NCBI GenBank assembly: GCA_041649575.1
Contig: JBAZMW010000003.1
Coordinates: 90,001 to 122,000, forward strand
DNA from: Patescibacteria group bacterium
GTDB taxonomy: Bacteria > Patescibacteriota > Patescibacteriia > 2-01-FULL-39-33
DNA: 32,000 nucleotides
Direction of reading: 5' to 3'
Shown here: piece after piece, positions 1-6,367 of the stretch
Numbering within the stretch: position 1 is the stretch's first letter
Layout of the letters: the number at the start of each line of letters is the position of its first letter
Notes under the pieces: generated by a model
Seen by the model: only the letters and a program-made list of their open reading frames with translations
What the model was told of the DNA's origin: nothing
The model's database searches: none
Translations under genes and position numbers: made by a program

Positions 1-79
1 GCAAAGCCAGGCCGCTCTCTGTGTCGGCAATAGCCAAACCGATTTTTACTTCACCATAGTCGATGCCAAGTAGTTTCAT
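1..79 (-). CDS. ruvX: YqgF/RuvX Holliday-junction-resolvase-like nuclease, first 26 codons only (gene runs off the left edge)
   Basis: Hand translation of the reverse strand from the ATG at 79-77 gives MKLLGIDYGEVKIGLAIADTESGLAL. This fits the G-I/L-D-x-G-x3-IG-L/V-A N-terminal motif of the YqgF/RuvX family. Confidence 0.7.
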   Translation of the reverse strand, partial: MKLLGIDYGEVKIGLAIADTESGLAL

Positions 80-92
80 GTCTGTTTACAGT

Positions 93-175
93 GTCATTGC
101 GAGGAGCGAAGCGATGTGGCAATCCCGTGGGATCCCCACGTCGCCCGGCCGAATGGCCGGACTCCTCGGGATGAC
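93..175. repeat. GC-rich nested palindromic (REP/MITE-like) intergenic element
   Basis: Terminal inverted repeats GTCATTGCGAGGAG (93-106) and CTCCTCGGGATGAC (162-175) match at 12 of 14 positions. Two internal stem-loops lie between them: CGATGTGG 112-119 with CCACGTCG 136-143, and CCGGCC 145-150 with GGCCGG 155-160. The element lies between the map stop (178) and the ruvX start (79). Confidence 0.6.
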
Positions 176-177
176 AA

Positions 178-948
178 TTAAATAGTAGTTATAATCTCTC
201 CTCCCCTTTCTGTCACCGCGATCGTATGCTCAAAATGCGCCGAGAGCGAATTGTCTCTAGTGGCCACCGTCCAGCCGTCGTCCAAAGTTTCTACCGGCCA
301 GTCGCCAAAATTAACCATTGGCTCTAGAGCCAAAGTCATACCAACCGCCAGCTTGATGTCGGCAAACCTCTTGTCCACATAATTGGGAATTTGCGGATCT
401 TCGTGGGGAGAAAAACCGACTCCATGGCCGCACAATTGCCGCACAACACTAAAACCATTTTTTTCAACGTAATCTTGAATGGCGCGGGAAATGTCCGTCA
501 ATTTATTGCCAGCTTTGGCCTGCCTAATGCCTTTAGACAAAGATTCTTCCGTGACGGAAATAAGTTTTCGGATTTGCCGGCCAACACTACCAACGGCGAC
601 TGTCTTGGCCATGTCGGTAAAAAGCCCGCGATACTCCAGGCCGCAATCAATACCAACGATGTCGCCGCTTTTAATAATCCTATTGGGAACCGGCAGGCCA
701 TGCACCACTTCGTTATTTAACGAAAGGCAAAGAGCCGAGGGATAGGCATGCTCGGCCCAAGAAGCCCGATAACCCTTAAAACTTGGCTTGCCGCCGGCTT
801 TTTTTATTAATTCTTCGGCATAAACACTCAATTCTTCGGTGCCAACGCCGGGTTTTATTTTTTTTATTACCAAAGCCAAAACCTGGGCGAGAATTTTCCC
901 GCCCTGACGCATGGTGGCTATTTGTTGTTTATTTTTTAATTTAACCAT
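178..948 (-). CDS. map: Type I methionine aminopeptidase
   Basis: 256-aa ORF. MVKLKNKQQIATMRQGGKILAQVL..., ...HGLP...GDIVGIDCG...CGHGVG...EPMV... are typical MetAP metal-ligand and fold motifs. Confidence 0.95.
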   Translation of the reverse strand: MVKLKNKQQIATMRQGGKILAQVLALVIKKIKPGVGTEELSVYAEELIKKAGGKPSFKGYRASWAEHAYPSALCLSLNNEVVHGLPVPNRIIKSGDIVGIDCGLEYRGLFTDMAKTVAVGSVGRQIRKLISVTEESLSKGIRQAKAGNKLTDISRAIQDYVEKNGFSVVRQLCGHGVGFSPHEDPQIPNYVDKRFADIKLAVGMTLALEPMVNFGDWPVETLDDGWTVATRDNSLSAHFEHTIAVTERGGEIITTI

Positions 949-954
949 GACTTA

Positions 955-983
955 ATATTAACAAAAAAAGAATAAAATCACAA
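955..983 (-). promoter_or_regulatory. Candidate promoter for map (TTGTGA-17-TAATAT with an upstream TG)
   Basis: Reverse strand reads TTGTGA (983-978), a 17-nt spacer, then TGT-TAATAT (-10 at 960-955). The -10 ends only 6 nt before the map ATG, so the transcript could be leaderless. AT-rich DNA produces such matches easily. Confidence 0.3.
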
Positions 984-1033
984 AAAGATAAACTTATTTT
1001 TGCCTAAATTTAAACAAAAAATAACATTATTTA

Positions 1034-1062
1034 TTGACATTTAATTTTGGATATGATATAAT
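1034..1062 (+). promoter_or_regulatory. Perfect consensus sigma-70 type promoter driving the GC-rich cassette
   Basis: TTGACA at 1034-1039, an exact 17-nt spacer (1040-1056), TATAAT at 1057-1062. It sits about 65 nt upstream of the first cassette ORF and just before the GC jump. Confidence 0.6.
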
Positions 1063-1127
1063 TATATATTGGGTCGGCATCGCGCTGACTCGAGATTTTG
1101 GACATTTTCAACCAAGGAGAAAGAGAA

Positions 1128-1481
1128 ATGAAACGATTTTTCAGCTTTTTGGAGCGGCTGTTCGCCGGCCTGAGTGCGATAGCTCTACTGCTCGGCCTGA
1201 TGTTTGTGGCCGGCATCTGTCTATCGCTGCCCTGGTACGGCTGGATTGCCAGCTTCCTGGCCGGCATCTTCACCGCAGGGATAAGAGTGATCCGCTGGCC
1301 GATCAAAATCGCCTTGCTGGTAATCTGGGGGCCGATGATCATGGCTTTCGGCTACTACATCGTCTTCCCGATGGTCGGGCCGGTGAGTATCGTGCAGGGA
1401 GCGATCTGCTGGGTGATATTCATCACGGCGTTTGTGATGGCTCGCTGCGCCGCCGGCATCAAGGACATGCCAACGGACTGA
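1128..1481 (+). CDS. Hypothetical small polytopic membrane protein (117 aa), cassette gene 1
   Basis: The ATG at 1128 is preceded by AAGGAG (1114-1119, 8-nt spacer). MKRFFSFLERLFAGLSAIALLLGLMFVAGICLSLPWYGWIASFLAGIF... has about four hydrophobic spans. Third codon positions are strongly G/C in this frame. No family recognised. Confidence 0.7.
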   Translation: MKRFFSFLERLFAGLSAIALLLGLMFVAGICLSLPWYGWIASFLAGIFTAGIRVIRWPIKIALLVIWGPMIMAFGYYIVFPMVGPVSIVQGAICWVIFITAFVMARCAAGIKDMPTD

Positions 1482-1538
1482 AAAGGCCTATGAGCGGTGC
1501 CTTTGAAAACCGCTTAAGACAAAGAAGGAGTTGCAACC

Positions 1539-2156
1539 ATGATAGAACCTGTTGGTGTTATATTGTGCGGTATAGTGATCTTGGTCCTTGGGGTTGGGTG
1601 GAGTCTAATCTCAAGGAAGAGTCTGGAATTCTTCAGTTGCGTGACACTGGTGGTGCTGGCTGTCGGCCTGTACTTGTCAGTGTCCGATCACCAAATCCCC
1701 AAGACGTCATGGGGAGCCACCACGCCGGGCGCGATGATGCCCTACGACCAGAAACAAGCCACCGACGCGTTCGACGCATCGGCGAAGCAGGCACAAGGAG
1801 CTACAGGGTGTAGCGCCGGAGCAGAGCAAAGGACCGCTGTGACCGCACTGACCCGCGACGAAGAGACGGCGCTGGCCAGACAACGGAACGCAGCGGCCGC
1901 CCAAGAAAGCGGTGAAACAACCGCCGACAAGTGGCCGATGAAGGAGCTAGCCATCACTCCGCTGAGCAAGTGGTTTAACCAAAGGGAAAGCAAGGGGGGC
2001 TGGTCTTCCGTAAACTATGGCTCGTACCGGTGGGTGCGAGTGGATGATAGGCTGGGACTGCAGTCCCATACGGTATATGGCTGTGTGATTTCCTTCGTGC
2101 CAGAGCCGCCGGCCACGCCAGCGACAACGGCCGAAACAAAGGAGGACAAGCCATGA
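1539..2156 (+). CDS. Hypothetical membrane-anchored protein (205 aa), cassette gene 2
   Basis: AAGGAG at 1525-1530 lies 8 nt before the ATG. The protein has two N-terminal hydrophobic spans (MIEPVGVILCGIVILVLGVGWSLI..., FFSCVTLVVLAVGLYLSV), an Ala/Gln/Thr-rich linker and a Trp/Tyr-rich C-terminal domain (KWFNQRESKGGWSSVNYGSYRWVRVDD...). No family recognised. Confidence 0.7.
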   Translation: MIEPVGVILCGIVILVLGVGWSLISRKSLEFFSCVTLVVLAVGLYLSVSDHQIPKTSWGATTPGAMMPYDQKQATDAFDASAKQAQGATGCSAGAEQRTAVTALTRDEETALARQRNAAAAQESGETTADKWPMKELAITPLSKWFNQRESKGGWSSVNYGSYRWVRVDDRLGLQSHTVYGCVISFVPEPPATPATTAETKEDKP

Positions 2157-2320
2157 CCACGACATGGTGGCAAGAATTGGGACGATATGAGTACGAGATT
2201 GAAGTCGGAGAGAACGGCGGCCAACACTACACCGGCCGCCATCGCTGTGTTGGCGGACAATTGGCAGATGGCCGGTGGCCGATCTTTGGTGACAAGTCTG
2301 GCGAGACGGTTTACGCCTGA
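2153..2320 (+). CDS. Hypothetical small protein (55 aa), cassette gene 3 (below the ORF-track cutoff)
   Basis: Hand translation gives MTTTWWQELGRYEYEIEVGENGGQHYTGRHRCVGGQLADGRWPIFGDKSGETVYA*. The ATG overlaps the gene 2 stop as ATGA (2153-2156). AAGGAGG at 2139-2145 lies 7 nt upstream. Amino-acid composition is varied, unlike the Arg/Ala-rich alternative frame. Confidence 0.55.
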   Translation: MTTTWWQELGRYEYEIEVGENGGQHYTGRHRCVGGQLADGRWPIFGDKSGETVYA

Positions 2321-2333
2321 AAGGAGACGCGCC

Positions 2334-2687
2334 ATGCAATTCGTACTGAAAGTTGATGACGGTGTGAAAGAGCCGCCGACGCTGCGGGATGCCATCCTGG
2401 CGGCTAAGAAGCTGGCCCACTATGACGCCTTGGTGGCTTTCCTGGCCACTCAGAAAATGACCGAGCCAGGAAGAAAGCGACTGGCCGCTAACGCGGTAGT
2501 GGAAGCAATTGGCCACCTCTGGGTGCAGCCGCCAGGCAAGTGGGCCCAACAAGTGCGAAGTTTTGTGGCGGTCGAAGTTGGCGTCAATAGCGCCATAACG
2601 CTTGAAGACTCCCCGTGTCTCGACTTCCCTGTCTTCAACGTGGAGCCAGAGCGGCCGCCCTCGGTTCCGCCCGAACCCGAGTCCTAA
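2334..2687 (+). CDS. Hypothetical protein (117 aa), cassette gene 4
   Basis: This is an internal ATG of the 2187..2687 ORF. It is preceded by AAGGAG (2321-2326, 7-nt spacer) immediately after the gene 3 stop. MQFVLKVDDGVKEPPTLRDAILAAKKLAHYDALVAFL... ends in a Pro/Glu-rich tail. No family recognised. Confidence 0.6.
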   Translation: MQFVLKVDDGVKEPPTLRDAILAAKKLAHYDALVAFLATQKMTEPGRKRLAANAVVEAIGHLWVQPPGKWAQQVRSFVAVEVGVNSAITLEDSPCLDFPVFNVEPERPPSVPPEPES

Positions 2688-2700
2688 CCGTACATTCGAT

Positions 2701-2743
2701 CCCCTGGGGTTGCGCACTTGCGCGACCCCGGGGTAATTTTTTT
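2701..2743 (+). terminator. Rho-independent terminator of the cassette
   Basis: GC-rich imperfect hairpin CCCCTGGGGTTGCGC-ACTT-GCGCGACCCCGGGG (2701-2733), followed by TAATTTTTTT. It begins 14 nt after the gene 4 stop. Confidence 0.75.
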
Positions 2744-2869
2744 ATAAATAATATTTTTTACTATCTTTCTTTTTCTTTTTTAGAATATTTAATTTTATTA
2801 GTTTTAAAAGTTACTTTAGATAAAAATGACCACTAAAAAATTTAGAAACAAAATCAAGTAATTAGAGCG

Positions 2870-2888
2870 TTCCGCCTTCCGGGCGGAA
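2870..2888. other. Short GC hairpin in the cassette-adk spacer
   Basis: TTCCGCC (2870-2876), loop TTCCG, GGCGGAA (2882-2888). Confidence 0.3.
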
Positions 2889-2904
2889 ATTTATAACTGT
2901 TTGA

Positions 2905-2929
2905 AAACCCCGCCTGTAAGGCGGGGTTT
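2905..2929. terminator. Bidirectional terminator between the convergent cassette and adk
   Basis: Perfect 10-bp stem AAACCCCGCC (2905-2914) with GGCGGGGTTT (2920-2929) and loop TGTAA. T-rich sequence follows on both strands (GAGTTTT on plus, TTTTCAAAC on minus). Confidence 0.65.
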
Positions 2930-2996
2930 GAGTTTTATAAATTAGCGATAATTGCGCTAGATTTTGTCTAAATTTTTTAATGGTCAGAGTTTTTGC

Positions 2997-3022
2997 GCTA
3001 CTTTTTGCGGCCAAAAAGTAGC
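2997..3022. other. Hairpin immediately 3' of adk
   Basis: 11-bp stem GCTACTTTTTG (2997-3007) with CAAAAAGTAGC (3012-3022) and loop CGGC, 7 nt beyond the adk stop codon. No clear U-tract follows on the minus strand, so this may be a 3'-end stabiliser rather than a classical terminator. Confidence 0.4.
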
Positions 3023-3029
3023 AATGGGC

Positions 3030-3707
3030 CTATTTCCACCCCACTTTGCTTCTTAAATCCTCCACCATCCGCCTGACCAGCTGCTGAAAAACAGCTTCAA
3101 TATGCTTCTCGCCGTCGATCTCTATCAGCAGCCCTTTGTCTCGATAAAATTTTATAATACCATCCATCTCTCGATGATAAATTTCCAGCCGGTTCGTCAC
3201 TACCTCTTCTTTGTCGTCATCGCGCTGAAACAGCGGTTCGCCGCAATTATCACAAATTCCCTCTGTTTTTGGCGGTGAATATTTGATGTGCCAGGAATGG
3301 CCATTTTTGCACACCCGGCGACCAGACATTCTCTCGACTATTGTCTCATCGGAAACCTTAACCAAGAAAACATAATCCACATCCACATTCTTGTCTAAGA
3401 AATCCGCCTGATCCAAAGTCCTCGGACAGCCATCCAGGACATAACCGAATTTACAGTCGTCTTTTTTTATTCTTTCGACAACCAAATGATCAACCACTTC
3501 TGTTGGCACCAACTGTCCCTTTTCGATATAAGCCTTGACCTCGGCGGACAAAGGGTGACTGGAATCATTTTTTATGGACGAAAGGATTTGGCCAGAAGAA
3601 ACATGAGGGATATCAAAAGTTTTGGCCAATAGACCGGCCTGGGTGCCTTTGCCGGAAACTGGCGGACCTAAGACAATGATCTCAAATGGTTTTTCGTTTT
3701 GAAACAT
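3030..3707 (-). CDS. adk: Adenylate kinase (canonical, Zn-type LID)
   Basis: GPPVSGKGTQ P-loop, LDGCPRTLDQ, and LID CKNGHSWH...CDNCGEPLFQRDDD. It sits directly downstream of secY as in spc operons. Confidence 0.95.
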   Translation of the reverse strand: MFQNEKPFEIIVLGPPVSGKGTQAGLLAKTFDIPHVSSGQILSSIKNDSSHPLSAEVKAYIEKGQLVPTEVVDHLVVERIKKDDCKFGYVLDGCPRTLDQADFLDKNVDVDYVFLVKVSDETIVERMSGRRVCKNGHSWHIKYSPPKTEGICDNCGEPLFQRDDDKEEVVTNRLEIYHREMDGIIKFYRDKGLLIEIDGEKHIEAVFQQLVRRMVEDLRSKVGWK

Positions 3708-3778
3708 ACGAATTGGCTTATAGTTTATAGCGTATGGCTTATGGACTATTATTTGCCATAGGCCATTGACTATTTAAG

Positions 3779-5053
3779 CTAGATTTCCTCGTAATCGCGC
3801 ATGGAGAGTTGCGCGTTGATTTGATTGACCGTCTCAATTACTACCGAAACCACGATTAACAAGGAGGTGCCGCCAACCACCAACGACTGGGTGCCGGTAA
3901 CTTGAGAAGTGGCCAAAGGCAAAACGGCGATGATGCCCAAAAATAGGGCGCCGGTAAAAACAATACGGCTTATGATTTTCTGGATATATTCGGCGGTGTT
4001 TCTGCCCGGACGAATGCCAGGTATGAAGCCGCCCTGCTTCTGCAGATTTTCGGAAATCTGATCAGGATGAAAAATAACCGCTGTATAAAAATAGGTGAAA
4101 GCCACCACCATTATAAAATACAGAGCGCCATAAAATAATTGGTTTTGAAAAATTCTCACCACCCAAAAAGCGGCGGCGGCCACCCAAGCGGTATGGACTT
4201 GAGTGAATAATTGAGCAATCATTGGCGGAAAGAGAATGATAGAGATGGCAAAAATAATTGGAATAACACCGGCCTGATTAACCCTTAAGGGCAAATGAGT
4301 GTTGGTGCCGCCGTACATTTTATTGCCGCGCACTTGGCGCGCATAAGAAATGGGTATGTTTCTTTGGCCTTCGGTAATAAAAACCACGCCCACAATCACC
4401 ACCAGGGCGATTACCGCAAAAACAATCATATTGATAATCTGCGACTGATCATAGGAATATAAAATACTACTGACTGCTTTGGGAATACCAGCAACAATAC
4501 CGGCAAAAATCAAAAGCGAGATGCCATTACCAACATGCTTCTCGGAAATCAGCTCTCCTAGCCACATCAGAAAAACCGTGCCCCCGGTGACAGTAATAAT
4601 TGTCAGGGCAAACTGCCAGGGAGTAAAGTTGGCGAGGACACCGCCGGCGCTGCGCTGCAAAATAGAAATCATACCAAAGGCCTGGAGCATAGCCAGGGGG
4701 ACGCTCAGCCAACGAGTCCATTGGTTTATTTTTTGCCGGCCGTACTCCCCTTCTTTGGAGAGTTCTTCCAGCTTAGGAACCACCATTACCAATAATTGAA
4801 AAATAATCGAGGCGGTAATATAAGGAGCCACGCCCAACATGACAACGGAAAAATTTTCCATACTGCCGCCGGAAAACACATTCATAAGACCGAGCAGCTG
4901 ATTGTTGGCAAATAAATTTTTTAGAGCCGTAGTATCGATTCCTGGTACCGGTATATGAGCCGCGACCCGAAAAATAACCAGCATCAGAAAGACAAACAAG
5001 ATACTCTTGCGTAAATCGGGAATTTTCCAGATTTGAGTCAGTTTATTGAACAT
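3779..5053 (-). CDS. secY: Preprotein translocase subunit SecY
   Basis: 424-aa polytopic membrane protein between rplO and adk. ...GISLLIFAGIVAG... and ...GGFIPGIRPGRNTAEYI... are typical SecY motifs. Confidence 0.96.
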   Translation of the reverse strand: MFNKLTQIWKIPDLRKSILFVFLMLVIFRVAAHIPVPGIDTTALKNLFANNQLLGLMNVFSGGSMENFSVVMLGVAPYITASIIFQLLVMVVPKLEELSKEGEYGRQKINQWTRWLSVPLAMLQAFGMISILQRSAGGVLANFTPWQFALTIITVTGGTVFLMWLGELISEKHVGNGISLLIFAGIVAGIPKAVSSILYSYDQSQIINMIVFAVIALVVIVGVVFITEGQRNIPISYARQVRGNKMYGGTNTHLPLRVNQAGVIPIIFAISIILFPPMIAQLFTQVHTAWVAAAAFWVVRIFQNQLFYGALYFIMVVAFTYFYTAVIFHPDQISENLQKQGGFIPGIRPGRNTAEYIQKIISRIVFTGALFLGIIAVLPLATSQVTGTQSLVVGGTSLLIVVSVVIETVNQINAQLSMRDYEEI

Positions 5054-5056
5054 AAA

Positions 5057-5494
5057 CTATTTTAATTCCGCTTGGCCGCCGGCTTTGATAATGGCCTCTT
5101 TGGCGCTAGCAGAGAAGGCGCGAGCAACAACGGTTAATTTTTTGGTTAATTTGCCCTCACCCAAAACTTTTACGCCACTAACTTTTTTGGCTATCAAGCC
5201 ATTTTTTTTCATGGCCTTAATGTCTGCCACGGTTCCAGCGTCAAATTTTTCTAAATCCCTTAAATTAACCACGACCAATTTCGGTTTCAAGCTTCTAAAG
5301 CCACGAATTTTGGGAATGCGTTGCAGGGTTTGTTTAAAGCCAAGGGCTTTTAGACCGCCTTTGCCGCCACTTCTGGCTCTCTGGCCTTTCATGCCACGGC
5401 CGGAATAGGTGCCGCGCTTTCCGCCGCGACCAACGCGTTTGGCTTTCTTGGCCGCTCCTTTGGCCGGCTTTAAATTGGATAAAGTCAAAGACAT
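5057..5494 (-). CDS. rplO: 50S ribosomal protein L15
   Basis: MSLTLSNLKPAKGAAKKAKRVGRGGKRGTYSGRG... The ATG at 5494 is preferred over the TTG at 5506 given in the ORF track. Confidence 0.93.
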   Translation of the reverse strand: MSLTLSNLKPAKGAAKKAKRVGRGGKRGTYSGRGMKGQRARSGGKGGLKALGFKQTLQRIPKIRGFRSLKPKLVVVNLRDLEKFDAGTVADIKAMKKNGLIAKKVSGVKVLGEGKLTKKLTVVARAFSASAKEAIIKAGGQAELK

Positions 5495-5498
5495 AATT

Positions 5499-5993
5499 TT
5501 AGTCAATTTTTTCTTTTTTGGGTCGTTTCTTTAAGAGGCCCAGGGCTTTGATGGTCGCCCGAACATTATTAACTTTATTATTGGTGCCTAAAATTTTAGA
5601 AACAGCGTTTTCTACGCCCGCCAACTCCAAAACAGTGCGCACCGCGCCACCGGAGATAATTCCTGTTCCCGCGGGAGCTGGTTTCAGCAGAATTCTAGCC
5701 GAACCATCTTTAAGAAAAATTTCATGAGGGATAGTGCCATAAACCAAATTTATTCTAATGGCGTTCTTCTCGGCTTTTTTGGCCGCCTTCTGAACAGCCA
5801 GCGGTACGTCGTGGCCCTTGGCCAGGCCAAAACCAATCTTTCCCTTTTTGTCACCCACAACCACACAGGCCCGGAAACGCATTCTTTTACCGCCAGCCAT
5901 AACTCTGGTGACACGAGCGATGTCAACGATCCGCTGATCCATTTCTGACTGTTCTTTTCTGGTTTTGGGAAATCTGTTATTTTTATCTGTCAT
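5499..5993 (-). CDS. rpsE: 30S ribosomal protein S5
   Basis: ...RVTRVMAGGKRMRFRACVVVGDKKGKIGFGLAKG... is an S5 signature. The gene lies between L18 and L15. Confidence 0.96.
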   Translation of the reverse strand: MTDKNNRFPKTRKEQSEMDQRIVDIARVTRVMAGGKRMRFRACVVVGDKKGKIGFGLAKGHDVPLAVQKAAKKAEKNAIRINLVYGTIPHEIFLKDGSARILLKPAPAGTGIISGGAVRTVLELAGVENAVSKILGTNNKVNNVRATIKALGLLKKRPKKEKID

Positions 5994-6001
5994 AAAAAAT
6001 A

Positions 6002-6355
6002 TTAAATTTTTAAACCGGCTTCTCTGGCGCCATCGGCCAAAGCCTTGACCCGGCCATGATATTTAAAAGCACCTTTATCAAAAACTACCACGGTAATTTT
6101 TTGCCCAGCCGCTTTTTGCGCTACTAACTTTCCTAGTTCATAAGCTTGAGCGGTTTTGGTTTTTCCGCCTTTTACTTCCTTGTCGCTGGCACTAACTAAA
6201 GTCCGCCCCTTGGTGTCATCGACTAACTGAACATACAAATGTTCTAAACTACGATAAACGGAAAGCCGCGGCCGCTCACTGGTGCCTTTGATTTTGGCTC
6301 TAATCCTGGCTTTCCTTCTTATCTTAGTTTGGTTTTTTTGTTTAGTTTTTTTCAT
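6002..6355 (-). CDS. rplR: 50S ribosomal protein L18
   Basis: ...RPRLSVYRSLEHLYVQLVDD...FDKGAFKYHGRVKALADGAREAGL. Confidence 0.96.
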   Translation of the reverse strand: MKKTKQKNQTKIRRKARIRAKIKGTSERPRLSVYRSLEHLYVQLVDDTKGRTLVSASDKEVKGGKTKTAQAYELGKLVAQKAAGQKITVVVFDKGAFKYHGRVKALADGAREAGLKI

Positions 6356-6367
6356 AAATAATCACCA

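Noticed and set aside
1034-1813. 259-aa plus-strand ORF spanning cassette genes 1 and 2 in another frame
   Set aside because: The translation is Arg/Gly/His-rich, as expected for an off-frame read of GC-rich DNA. It has no SD and would begin inside the promoter. The overlapping frames have SD sites, hydrophobic-span patterns and high third-position GC.
2187-2333. N-terminal 49 codons of the 166-aa ORF 2187..2687
   Set aside because: There is no SD before 2187 and the segment is Ala/Arg/Thr-rich. The same DNA encodes a better-supported 55-aa ORF (2153-2320) with an SD and an ATGA overlap. A perfect AAGGAG precedes the internal ATG at 2334.
1947-2717. 256-aa and 126-aa minus-strand ORFs (1947..2717, 2015..2395), plus other antisense ORFs inside the GC-rich block
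   Set aside because: High-GC DNA has few stop codons in any frame. These translations are Arg/Gly/Pro/Ser-rich and low in complexity. They have no start signals and lie antisense to better-supported genes.
2615-2836. 73-aa plus-strand ORF running across the cassette terminator into AT-rich spacer
   Set aside because: It overlaps the end of gene 4 out of frame, reads through a terminator hairpin, and has no start signal.
2826-2861. 11-codon micro-ORF MTTKKFRNKIK in the spacer
   Set aside because: It is too short to evaluate, has no SD, and lies in AT-rich DNA where such ORFs arise by chance.
3735-3765. 10-bp hairpin in the secY-adk spacer
   Set aside because: It pairs fully only on the non-transcribed plus strand. 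On the minus-strand RNA the G-U pair becomes an A-C mismatch. No U-tract follows, so it is probably incidental.
4479-5408. Antisense ORFs inside secY/rplO (4479..4799, 5046..5408), and similar ones in fusA (17103..17561 and others), rplV (10423..10962), ftsZ, ftsA and nrdD
   Set aside because: These are shadow ORFs opposite highly conserved genes. They have low-complexity or Ser/Pro/Leu-rich translations and no start signals.
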